A DNA stretch of 64,000 nt from a virus. The stretch is from the IMG/VR virus record IMGVR_UViG_3300017605_000635, positions 5,750 to 69,749 of that record. One strand, written 5' to 3'. This document shows, piece by piece, positions 49,051-57,683 of the stretch. The notes under the pieces were generated by a model. The model searched no databases. It saw only the letters and a program-made list of their open reading frames with translations, and was not told the origin of the DNA. The stretch's first letter is position 1. Each line of letters opens with the position of its first letter. Position numbers and translations under genes: made by a program.

Positions 49051-50099
49051 GATTTCGCCTCCCACGCAGTCTTCCGTCGTTCTATCCATTCGATGCCGGC
49101 ACAACACCAATCGACGTGACAGAACGGTTTAAGAACGTCGATTGCTCGATTGAACCGCTCCGGAGCCGGAGTGCCCTTGTAGACACAGTGAGCAAAGAGC
49201 ATCGACCAAACGATATGCCCCCAGACTTCGTTCCAGTCCTCCTTGTTTGGGATTTGGAGGACGAGGAGTTGAAAATCCGTGTCGGCGTCTTCGAGGATGC
49301 TCTGAATGATTTTGTCGTTCCCCTCGTGCGTATTCAATTGCATTGAGTGTGTGTAGATGGTTCCGTCTTCGTAGGGGTTGGGAATCGGCTCCGGCGTCGC
49401 ATACAACGGCTCTCGAAGGAGCGGCAGCGTCCGCTCGAACACCTCGACATACGCGTGGTAGTTGACGGAGACCTGCCGATAGACGCCCATCGGGACGCCT
49501 ATCCAGTTGGCCATGTATTCAAGGAGGAACGAGAAGTGGACGGCGTTGGCGCCGTAAGCTCCCCAGATGATATCGTTCGACCGGTTAAAGACGGTCAACT
49601 CCAGCTTACCCTCGGTGTTGATCTGGAAGGTGGCTTCGAGGTTGCAAGGGAGGTCTTTGCCCTGGCGCCCGAGATCAGCCTCCACATCCCACATCTGGAG
49701 AACCTGACGACGGTCCTCGGGATTTCGCTTGAGTGCTTCGGCAATGAGCTCAAGTTGGTCGATGTCGAAATGTCTCCGCCATCGGAACCCGTAGGCTCCC
49801 CAGAGCAGACTTCCGTCGTCGGAGTAGGCCGCCATCTGCTTCGCATAGCGGAGCAACGGCACCACATCATTCCTCCCGGCCAACATCCACAACGACTCGT
49901 ACAGATGGAAGAACGGGTTGGCATCTCGCTCCGGCCAGAACAGGACTCGTTCCCACGGTCGTTCGTAGACAGTACACACAGGCCACGGTGCCTGGAGGAC
50001 TGGACCGTTACGGCTCTCTCGACGGATGCCGTGCTCCTTGAGGAGCCGGAGCCCGAGGGGAAGTGCCTCGTGAACATTGCGTGCCTCGATGACTTTCAT
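49047..50099 (-). CDS. Thymidylate-synthase homologue, probable dUMP hydroxymethylase
   Basis: SRNG, ANPFF, GAYGFRWR, DLPCN, NRSND..WGAYGAN; ATG at 50099. Confidence 0.85.
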   Translation of the reverse strand: MKVIEARNVHEALPLGLRLLKEHGIRRESRNGPVLQAPWPVCTVYERPWERVLFWPERDANPFFHLYESLWMLAGRNDVVPLLRYAKQMAAYSDDGSLLWGAYGFRWRRHFDIDQLELIAEALKRNPEDRRQVLQMWDVEADLGRQGKDLPCNLEATFQINTEGKLELTVFNRSNDIIWGAYGANAVHFSFLLEYMANWIGVPMGVYRQVSVNYHAYVEVFERTLPLLREPLYATPEPIPNPYEDGTIYTHSMQLNTHEGNDKIIQSILEDADTDFQLLVLQIPNKEDWNEVWGHIVWSMLFAHCVYKGTPAPERFNRAIDVLKPFCHVDWCCAGIEWIERRKTAWEAKS

Positions 50100-50227
50100 C
50101 TTCCCCTCGCTAAGGTTTCGAGAGCCGTAGCAATCCGGAGGAGACTTGTGTTCATGACGAGGAGACCTCCGAGGAGTGCTCCTGCAATGAGTGAAAGGGA
50201 TACGTTGATGAGAAAGTTTTCCTTCAT
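50096..50227 (-). CDS. Small membrane protein, 43 aa
   Basis: MKENFLINVSLSLIAGALLGGLLV; ATGA overlap with the TS-like gene. Confidence 0.5.
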   Translation of the reverse strand: MKENFLINVSLSLIAGALLGGLLVMNTSLLRIATALETLARGR

Positions 50228-50293
50228 CCTTTAATCCTTTCGTCGAACCCCGAGGGAACCCCCACGTGCCCCCTCGGGTATCCGTGTTAGAGG

Positions 50294-51331
50294 TTACTGA
50301 ACTGACGAGAGAAATACGTCGTACACCCGACGTTCCCGCGTGCGGTCGGCATCGAGTCCGTTTTTGCCGGGAGCCGTTCGTGTAAGCAAAGTTCCTTGGA
50401 ACCGATACCGATTGCCGTTCCCGTCTCGACGATAGCTCTCCACCCACGAGGTCAAGAGCCCGGCATAGTTCGTGAGGAACGGAGACCGCTCCGACGACTC
50501 TGCGACGCCATTGTGGTTACGGTCGTGCCACCATTCGAGCTTCGCTCCGAGTGGTTGTGTCGAGTCAATGACGGCGACAGCCACCCCGCCATTCAGAGAC
50601 ATATTGATCTTCTGAGCAGCATCGAATCCGTTCACGGCTCCGGCAATAGTCCAGTTCCCAAGTAGATTTCTGCCGCAGACTTGTCCCGAGGTCGGGAGGT
50701 CGTAGGTTAAGAAGGCGACATCACTGTTCACCTCCGTCCACGAGGTCATCTTCTTCGTGCCGTCACAGTTGAAGTCGAACATGACTCCGTCCTCTGGGCG
50801 CGTGAACTTCACGTTCTGGCTCCCTCCGGTATTCGCAACGATGGGACTCTGACACTGCCAGTTGCTTGCGTAGTAATTCCATTCGTATTCGCAGTAGTTG
50901 TCGGGTGGCGGAGGGGGGCAATTTGCCTGCACGTTGATGAACGATGGACCGGGCTCAACCCAAATACCAGGATGGAACGGATCAGGCATGTATGACCCTC
51001 TTGCCCCAGCCGCAACCGCCGCTCCACAAGCCCACCATTCCGCCTGGGCCACCGAATCTTCAAGAGTGTATTCATCGTGGTCCGTGCAGTGACTGGTTTC
51101 GCTGTCCCAGTAACTCCCGCCTGTGCACATTGCCATAGCTCCCGGGAACCAGACTTCGATTTGGGTGCCGGCACAGTCGCCCGGGCGTTGCATCGCAAAT
51201 GCCCGTATGATATTTGTACTGCTTGCGTCGGCTAGTACAAACGCTCCCGGAGTACAGTTCTGCGCTTGCGCCTCTCTCGACAAACCCAACACCCCGAGGG
51301 ACATGAGCATCACGATTCCTACGCTTCTCAT
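50294..51331 (-). CDS. Secreted Cys-rich protein with bacterial Ca-binding-like (SPI...FD...WT...D.N.NG) domain
   Basis: Signal peptide ...AQA|Q; CPPPPP; DRNHNG; SD GGAGG. Confidence 0.75.
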   Translation of the reverse strand: MRSVGIVMLMSLGVLGLSREAQAQNCTPGAFVLADASSTNIIRAFAMQRPGDCAGTQIEVWFPGAMAMCTGGSYWDSETSHCTDHDEYTLEDSVAQAEWWACGAAVAAGARGSYMPDPFHPGIWVEPGPSFINVQANCPPPPPDNYCEYEWNYYASNWQCQSPIVANTGGSQNVKFTRPEDGVMFDFNCDGTKKMTSWTEVNSDVAFLTYDLPTSGQVCGRNLLGNWTIAGAVNGFDAAQKINMSLNGGVAVAVIDSTQPLGAKLEWWHDRNHNGVAESSERSPFLTNYAGLLTSWVESYRRDGNGNRYRFQGTLLTRTAPGKNGLDADRTRERRVYDVFLSSVQ

Positions 51332-51375
51332 CTTGCTACCCTCCTTTGACGGTTGCCCTGGGTTGGTACGACGAC

Positions 51376-52251
51376 TTACACGGCTCCTGGATACTTGGAC
51401 CTCGGCTCACCCTCTCCGAACTTCACCCGGCAATACTTATCGAACTCGCAGAGGCTATGTTCGATTTCGCGCATCTCCAGGTCTGGAACATGATCCTCTC
51501 GAACCTTTCCCCATGGGGAATCGCTCGCATACCGGTTGTCACTGATATCGAGGAGCATCTTCATCGAGCGGATAGCCTCTTCCCGAGGTTTGTGTTTAAG
51601 TTCGAGCCGTCGCAGTCCTCGAATCGCCCCAGGCCCGGGGTTGGCCCACGTCATGATGTCGGTCGCATCGTTCAGGAGAACGGTCCACCGCATATCCGAG
51701 ACCATCTCATAGCCCATGAAACCGCCGACACCCTTGACAGTCTGAAGGAGGTCGAACGTCTTCTCCAGGCTCCTCGTTCCACGTGCCGTCTCGGCAAGCT
51801 TGAAACGGAGGTCGAATAGCCTGGAGCAGTAGCTCACAATGGCGTCGACCTTCGGGATACCCGGTTCACTCCACACGATGTGTGCGCCGGTGAAGACCTG
51901 TTCCCCCTCGGAGAGCCGCTGTTCCAACAGCGCTTCGATGTCGGCTCCTCGCCAATCGGTCTTCCAGCCTAGAACCTCTGCCGTGCCCGTCCAGTTGAAC
52001 ATCCGATACCAACAGATGTTGAAGGCAATCTCTTCGAACGGCGCATCGCGGTGCGGGTCGAGGAAGTTCTTGGTCAGCCAGACAGTGCCGGCATCGAGTT
52101 GCCGAAAGGCATTGGTGAACTTGTAGTCGCGGAGAATCGGATCAGCGGTCCACGGCTTGGGCTCCCCCGCCATCCGCTTCAGGTAGATGCGATGTCGCTC
52201 ATTGATCCAATAGAAGAAGAGGTCAATGGGCGCGGTCTGGAGGTCTTTCAT
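51376..52251 (-). CDS. aGPT-Pplase1 / 5-hmdU DNA kinase helical-domain protein
   Basis: ERHRIY, PWTADPIL..YKFTN.FR..D, GPGAIRGL, IEHSLCEFDKY. Confidence 0.85.
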   Translation of the reverse strand: MKDLQTAPIDLFFYWINERHRIYLKRMAGEPKPWTADPILRDYKFTNAFRQLDAGTVWLTKNFLDPHRDAPFEEIAFNICWYRMFNWTGTAEVLGWKTDWRGADIEALLEQRLSEGEQVFTGAHIVWSEPGIPKVDAIVSYCSRLFDLRFKLAETARGTRSLEKTFDLLQTVKGVGGFMGYEMVSDMRWTVLLNDATDIMTWANPGPGAIRGLRRLELKHKPREEAIRSMKMLLDISDNRYASDSPWGKVREDHVPDLEMREIEHSLCEFDKYCRVKFGEGEPRSKYPGAV

Positions 52252-52277
52252 TCGTTCATCCGTCCTTTCCGAAGTTG

Positions 52278-52850
52278 TTAGATAAGTCGGAGTCGTTTCA
52301 ACGTCTCCTGCAACGCCTCTTCCCGGGAGAGCTTCATCACCTCCACTCCCGCATCTTTCAATCGAGGGAGGATGGACGTCATGAGTCGACGGTTGCGGCT
52401 CTCGGTGTTCTTTGGGCTCAGTGGACGGTCGTCTCCGCGTTCATCGCGTCGAGCTTGAATTCCCTTGAGACACTCGTCGATGGGGGTGGTCAACGCGAGG
52501 ACGAGGAGCGGAAAGGAGCGGTGGAGAGCAATCGTGCGCGTGACGTCGTCTTGACTGATGATGCCCTCGAAGAGGACATCGTGGCCGGGAAGACCTTCGG
52601 CGTGGTCGCGCACGGAGTCGAAGACATCGCCCGGGCTCTTGAGCGTATCGCCTCCGCCGCACGCGGTTTCGTAGTGACCAACCACCCAAAGCGGAGGACG
52701 GAGCCCCGTCGAGTCCCATTCGAGGACATACCCATAGGGCTGTTTGCGCCCGTCGATGAATTTGGGAGTCTTGCGATGGTAGCGGTCCATCACCGCTCGA
52801 ACGAGCGTTGACTTGCCGGAGCCGCCAGTGCCACGGATGTTCACAATCAT
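52278..52850 (-). CDS. P-loop kinase (5-hmdU DNA kinase type)
   Basis: NIRGTGGSGKST, GHYETACGGGD, LFEG. Confidence 0.85.
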   Translation of the reverse strand: MIVNIRGTGGSGKSTLVRAVMDRYHRKTPKFIDGRKQPYGYVLEWDSTGLRPPLWVVGHYETACGGGDTLKSPGDVFDSVRDHAEGLPGHDVLFEGIISQDDVTRTIALHRSFPLLVLALTTPIDECLKGIQARRDERGDDRPLSPKNTESRNRRLMTSILPRLKDAGVEVMKLSREEALQETLKRLRLI

Positions 52851-52870
52851 TCCTTCGTCCTTTCATTCGT

Positions 52871-52908
52871 CAAAAGGAGGTCGAGAAGGGCATGAACTTC
52901 TCGACCTC
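52871..52908 (-). terminator. Intrinsic terminator-like hairpin just upstream of the kinase RBS
   Basis: 12-bp perfect stem gaggtcgagaag/cttctcgacctc, then CTTTT on the minus strand. Confidence 0.7.
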
Positions 52909-53038
52909 TAACCGCGAGAGTCCGAAAGCGAAACGATACCGGAGTCGGAGCGGAGTTACAACACCCTTCTCCGCCCGTCTCCGAGGACTCCCGGAGGGAG
53001 GCTGGCCCGAGGGCCAGGGCTCCTCCCTCGGGTCGTTT

Positions 53039-53704
53039 CTACGTGGCCCGGGCCATGTCCTTCCGGGCTCTCCGGTCTCGGAGGTCTTCGAGCCGATGGG
53101 TGAGGAACTCGTGGGTTCGGAGGTATTCCATTTCGGCATACCGCCAATCCCACGGTTGCCATCCGAGACGTATCTTGATTCGGTCCCACTCCTTGTCGGT
53201 GATGGCCGGGTAGTCAGGCTCCCGGATGACGAAGTCTCGACCGAAGCTGAATGCCCCCTCGAAGCGGACCATGAGCTTATCGGCTTCGAGGACGGGCGGA
53301 GACATCACTGTCGAGAGCCCCCAGTGACGATAGAGCATCGTTTGCGCCCGGTCTTCCGCCTCGCAGTATGCCTTCATTGGCGGAGACTCCTTCAACCACT
53401 TGGTGACGTCTCCGAGGATGTACTCCGAGTCGTCGTGGTGGAGCCCTTGCAGACTCACGAGGAGCAACAACTCTCTCCACTGGGAGTCGTCAATGGGGGT
53501 GTACCCTTGATTCGCAAGCAATGCTGCAAGCTTTGAGACGTACACCGCGTGCTGCGCCGTCGACAACGGCTCCCTCGACGCTCCGGCCCACCGGTTCTGA
53601 ATTGCCAGGTGATGGGCCACGTCTTCGAGGACAATGTCCTCCGGGCGGAGGTCGAGTGGATTGACCTTCTTGCGTGACGGATAGGTTGTGATGAATGGGT
53701 CCAC
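53039..53704 (-). CDS. HD-domain deoxynucleotide phosphohydrolase (YfbR-like)
   Basis: DVAHHL...RWAG, STAQH, LHHDDSEYILGDV, ADK. Confidence 0.85.
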   Translation of the reverse strand: MDPFITTYPSRKKVNPLDLRPEDIVLEDVAHHLAIQNRWAGASREPLSTAQHAVYVSKLAALLANQGYTPIDDSQWRELLLLVSLQGLHHDDSEYILGDVTKWLKESPPMKAYCEAEDRAQTMLYRHWGLSTVMSPPVLEADKLMVRFEGAFSFGRDFVIREPDYPAITDKEWDRIKIRLGWQPWDWRYAEMEYLRTHEFLTHRLEDLRDRRARKDMARAT

Positions 53705-53721
53705 GGTCTCTCGTCCTTTCG

Positions 53722-55140
53722 TTAGACAACTTCAAGGCGGATGACGCTTTTGGGTTTGTCCCAAGGGTTCCGGAGATCAGGGAGCCGCAGCGCTTTTGCC
53801 GCTGTTAAGACCTCGGAGCCACAGAGCGATTGTTCGTGCCCATCGCCACAACGCAAGCACCCCGAGGGTGGGCACTCCTCCATCGGTTCGAAGTGATATC
53901 CGCGTTCACCGGTCGTGAGATTCCCAGTATCAACACGCCGGTGCATGGGCACCATATGGCCGTGGCACTGGTCGGCCGTCAAGAACTCGGGGCCCATCGA
54001 CTTCCACATCACCGAGTTGACCCGCGTGTATTCGTAGCAGAGCGAGTAGGTCATCCCGAGTTGCTTGGCCCGGGCGCTGTAGAGCGTATGCCCCTCCCGT
54101 CGATACTCCTCGACAATCGTCTTCTGTCCACCGCACTGGTTCTCGGTGAACAGTTCCGCGAACCTCCGAGACCGCTCGTCAGGGAACTTCTTCGTGATCC
54201 GCTCGACCATCGCCCGGGCCCACGCGTGTCCCGCCTCGACGAACTTCACGATGACGTGGTCGGCTCCCGCCTCTGCGAGTCGTTCGAAGAGGTGGAGCAC
54301 GTCGTCGTGGGAGACGACTCCGGGGATGATCGGATTGCATTGGATGGAGACGTAGATGCCCTGAGCGTGCAACTCCCGTATTTCGTCGAGATGCTCAGCG
54401 AGGGAGACCGCTCCCGGAGAAAGGCGATGCCACGTGTCCTGGTCCGGGGTGTTGAGAGACTTTTGCGCATAGCTGTACTTGTTCTGCCTCAGGATGTCGA
54501 ACGCCCACGATGGGTAGTGGAGGCGAGAGAGGAAGAAGACAGGGAGCCCTGCGTCTGTAAAAGCTTGCGCGCCTTCTTGAGTGTTGTGGTAATACTCCTC
54601 GATTGGGAGGAACGGGTCCGTGAACGAGGAGAAGTAGCCGGCAGCGGAAACCTGCATGGATTTAAGTTGTTTTCGGACGTGAGCCCCGTATCCGAGAGGA
54701 ACAGTAACAAGTCCACTGCCACGGTATCCTCGGGCGCCACTGTTGATGTAGCAAAATTGGCAACCAACCGAACACCATCCGCCGTATGGCTGAGTGAGAA
54801 TGGCATCAGTCTCACACGGGCGGTCTCGTTGCCCGTTTTCGAGTCCATCACCTTTACTCGAATACCAACCCTGTAAATCCTTTCCCTTGTCTTGGCGGAT
54901 GTGCGGAAACGGGTCGAGGAAGACCGTGACGTCTTTGAGGTTCTCTTCTTTTGCACCGCGCACCATCCCTATCTTTGCCCACCGCTGCTTCATCACCCGG
55001 CCGGTAACGTCGTCGTGCTTCTCCTCGATAGGTCCGAGGATGTCGCGCATTTCCGGGTCGACCTTCATGAAATACTGGTAGGCTTTCCGCGTAGTTGACT
55101 CTTCGTCGAGATTGGCGAGGAAGTCTGTTTCACTTTGCAT
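53722..55140 (-). CDS. Radical SAM enzyme (SPL-like)
   Basis: PYGGWCSVGCQFCY (CxxxCxxC), FTDPF, NPIIPG; start ATG 55140 with SD. Confidence 0.9.
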   Translation of the reverse strand: MQSETDFLANLDEESTTRKAYQYFMKVDPEMRDILGPIEEKHDDVTGRVMKQRWAKIGMVRGAKEENLKDVTVFLDPFPHIRQDKGKDLQGWYSSKGDGLENGQRDRPCETDAILTQPYGGWCSVGCQFCYINSGARGYRGSGLVTVPLGYGAHVRKQLKSMQVSAAGYFSSFTDPFLPIEEYYHNTQEGAQAFTDAGLPVFFLSRLHYPSWAFDILRQNKYSYAQKSLNTPDQDTWHRLSPGAVSLAEHLDEIRELHAQGIYVSIQCNPIIPGVVSHDDVLHLFERLAEAGADHVIVKFVEAGHAWARAMVERITKKFPDERSRRFAELFTENQCGGQKTIVEEYRREGHTLYSARAKQLGMTYSLCYEYTRVNSVMWKSMGPEFLTADQCHGHMVPMHRRVDTGNLTTGERGYHFEPMEECPPSGCLRCGDGHEQSLCGSEVLTAAKALRLPDLRNPWDKPKSVIRLEVV

Positions 55141-55142
55141 GG

Positions 55143-55409
55143 TTATCTCCTGGAATCTCCCCCGGGGTCCAACGCGATCAAGAGGATGACCGTCCAAACC
55201 ACGAGACCGATGCCGATGATCGCTGCGGCGGTGTACGTTCCGTATTCGCTGTTGAGCCCATAGCCTGCATACGCGAACAAGACCACGGCCAGGTAAAACG
55301 GAATCGAGAGAAACACCACCCTCTGCGTAAAGCTCGTCATGTCATTCATCCTTTCAGGAGGTTCGTTGTGAATCTTCTTCCAAACGTCGTAGTTGTACTT
55401 AGGATACAC
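55143..55409 (-). CDS. Two-TM membrane protein
   Basis: Two hydrophobic helices. Confidence 0.6.
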   Translation of the reverse strand: MYPKYNYDVWKKIHNEPPERMNDMTSFTQRVVFLSIPFYLAVVLFAYAGYGLNSEYGTYTAAAIIGIGLVVWTVILLIALDPGGDSRR

Positions 55410-55410
55410 G

Positions 55411-56232
55411 CTACGCTCCGATATTCCACATCAGCACCGGCTGACGTAACGTCTCCATCACTCCAGGCGTATGCATCCACGCCCAGGCGCGAACTTCGTA
55501 GTGCGCATGCGCCGGGAACGGCGGCAACCGCTCTGCCCGGTTTTCGTAGTAGTCACACATCGACGTCACGACCCGGAGCCGGTTCTGGATGCACGGACCG
55601 AGACCCGCCATCCGCTCGACCTCCCTCCGGAACCGCTGCTCCTCTCTCGCATACCCCTGCACCGCGATGACGTGCCCCTCGAAGCCTCGGAGGACACCCG
55701 CGAGGTGGGTTCCCGTTCCCGTCGGCACCACGACGCACCCGGGGTTGGCCTCTCCTACAGCCTCCCGAGTCTCTGCCTCTACGGCCGCAACCGTCTCCGG
55801 AAGGCGGAGCCCGGTGGGGAAGAGGAACCACGGCTCATAGACCTGCTGAATCAGGTGGTTCGCCATCTCGTAACGCATTGTGAACTGTCGGCCTGCCACG
55901 AGGGGCACGAGGGGAACCCCAAGAGACCGCACCGCCAGACACGGCCCGGGAATTGCCTCCGGGTCGCCAACGTATTGCGGGTATCCGACCAGCACCTTGC
56001 GCCCGAGGGTCAACCCGATGGTCGCCACGAGTTGCCCGTTCAAGCTCCGGCCGGTATCGACCACGGCCATCACCCGGACATCCGGTCGAGCCTCCATCGC
56101 CGCATAGACACCCCTTGCCTTCGAGAGCGGAGGGAATGGCCAACAGAGGTCTTCACGCTTGACGAGAACTTCGACATCGTGGACCTTGTACCCCTCGATG
56201 GGCGTCTTGGAGAGCGTAGCAACGGTGGTCAC
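55411..56232 (-). CDS. PLP-dependent fold-type II enzyme (probable decarboxylase in thymidine modification)
   Basis: VKREDL...SKARG (PLP Lys), VPTGTGT, MWNIG; GTG start 56232. Confidence 0.8.
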   Translation of the reverse strand: MTTVATLSKTPIEGYKVHDVEVLVKREDLCWPFPPLSKARGVYAAMEARPDVRVMAVVDTGRSLNGQLVATIGLTLGRKVLVGYPQYVGDPEAIPGPCLAVRSLGVPLVPLVAGRQFTMRYEMANHLIQQVYEPWFLFPTGLRLPETVAAVEAETREAVGEANPGCVVVPTGTGTHLAGVLRGFEGHVIAVQGYAREEQRFRREVERMAGLGPCIQNRLRVVTSMCDYYENRAERLPPFPAHAHYEVRAWAWMHTPGVMETLRQPVLMWNIGA

Positions 56233-56462
56233 AGAAGACCTCGAATCAACCGCCAGACCTCCGCTCCAATCCACCCCAGCGCAATAACCGCTACCCAACA
56301 GAACACCGCGAGGAGAACCACCACGAGCCCTTTGAACGGGAGGCTGGGCTCCATCTCCGGCTCCTCGGGAGCGGATAGCACGTCCTCGAAGTGACGGCGG
56401 GTGTTTTCGGCGGCGCCTGTGGCCTTCTCGAACGGGTCTCGACCTTGGGGACTATACGCCAT
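56229..56462 (-). CDS. Single-TM membrane protein
   Basis: C-terminal hydrophobic helix; coupled overlaps. Confidence 0.55.
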   Translation of the reverse strand: MAYSPQGRDPFEKATGAAENTRRHFEDVLSAPEEPEMEPSLPFKGLVVVLLAVFCWVAVIALGWIGAEVWRLIRGLL

Positions 56463-57294
56463 GGGCCATTTCCTCCTTCATCATCCACGCGTGCATGTTG
56501 TAGGCGGTCGGTGAAACGTTAATCCACGGTTCGAGGGCGTGCTTCAGTTCCTTTGTGTCGATGCCGACCGGATAGATGCCGTTGACGTGGGCCTTCCACT
56601 TGCAGAGGATGGTCTCGAACTCCTGGAGCCCGAGGGAACGGTTGTTGGTTGGGGGAGCCTTGAGGTCAGAGAGATTCAGTTGAAGATGATCTACAGCCAC
56701 GGTGTTCCAACCGTCTCGCCCATAGGATGAAATGGTTGACTTTTCTGCCCACATCTTTGCGGCTTCCGACGGAGAATCATAGAACATGTCCGCCTTCGAG
56801 AACTGCACTGGCACGTCGAACAACCGCTCCAACATGTCGGCTACCTTGAAGGCTATCCAAGGACCGAACTGGGGCCATACGGTGACGGCGTTTTTGACGT
56901 GCTGGTAGGTGACGGGCTCTTTCAACGATTCAAGGAGGAACACCGGCCGTTCGGGCTCGCTGTAGTAGGCTCGCATGAACCAGTCGACTGCCGCCACCGC
57001 TTTGTCCCCTCGAAAGTGTCGCCGCTCTCGACCTCGGGGCCACCGTCCTCCGACCGGGCTCTCACTCGTATTGTACGCGAACTGAAGCATGGGCCCCCAA
57101 AAATCGGGCTGCTCAGAAATCCACGAGGCAAGACCCGCGTGGTAGCACATCCAGTAGGCTAGGCACCAACGGCGGAGTTGATCGCGGTCCATTCCTGCGG
57201 CGTGGACCACGTTGTAGACCGGATCAAGGTCTCCGGCTTCGATCAGTTTCCGCCCGAACGTTTCGAGCGGTAGCACGTCATACTTGGGCGTCAT
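56452..57294 (-). CDS. Amino acid:DNA transferase (aGPT-Pplase2)
   Basis: GDLDPVY, LAYWMCYHAG, WPRGRERRHFRG, FGPWIAFKVADM, ETILCKWK. Confidence 0.85.
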   Translation of the reverse strand: MTPKYDVLPLETFGRKLIEAGDLDPVYNVVHAAGMDRDQLRRWCLAYWMCYHAGLASWISEQPDFWGPMLQFAYNTSESPVGGRWPRGRERRHFRGDKAVAAVDWFMRAYYSEPERPVFLLESLKEPVTYQHVKNAVTVWPQFGPWIAFKVADMLERLFDVPVQFSKADMFYDSPSEAAKMWAEKSTISSYGRDGWNTVAVDHLQLNLSDLKAPPTNNRSLGLQEFETILCKWKAHVNGIYPVGIDTKELKHALEPWINVSPTAYNMHAWMMKEEMAHGV

Positions 57295-57455
57295 TCGTTC
57301 GTCCTTTCTTTCGTTCGTTTATCAGTTGATCGATTATCTTCCCCAACGTCAATTCCTCGGGGCATTTCTTGCAGGGAACTCGATGCCCCCCGAGGCAATG
57401 AGGGTCTGGGCACTTGTTGAGACGGTTGCAGTCATTACATCGTTGCCAATGCATG

Positions 57456-57683
57456 TTACTTCTCCGTCACCACCAGCGTCTTCTCTTCGAACGGCAGCGG
57501 GTCTCCTCGGTTTTCCTCCGAGGTCGAAAGCTTCACCCCCGAGGTCTCAAGCTCCCCCGCCAGGAGCTTCCGGAGAATATCCGACATTGGCACGTTCCGC
57601 TCTCGGGCCAAGTCCTTCAGCGCTTGCTTCTCCTCTCGGGAGACCGTGAACCCGATGAATTCGTCGCCGGCATAGCTTGTCAT
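57456..57683 (-). CDS. Ribbon-helix-helix (CopG-like) regulator
   Basis: FIGFTVS.EEKQALKDLARERNVPMSDILR. Confidence 0.75.
   Translation of the reverse strand: MTSYAGDEFIGFTVSREEKQALKDLARERNVPMSDILRKLLAGELETSGVKLSTSEENRGDPLPFEEKTLVVTEK

Noticed and set aside
52915-52940. Hammerhead ribozyme suggested by GAGTCCGAAAGCGAAAC and the GAAAGGACGAA motifs
   Set aside because: No CUGANGA core correctly placed; the GAAAGGACG copies sit at RBS distance from start codons
53039-53704. DatZ of a Z-genome (2-aminoadenine) system
   Set aside because: No PurZ in the window; context is thymidine modification
57324-57352. Promoter for the modification cluster (TTGACG)
   Set aside because: Good -35 but no acceptable -10 at 16-18 bp spacing
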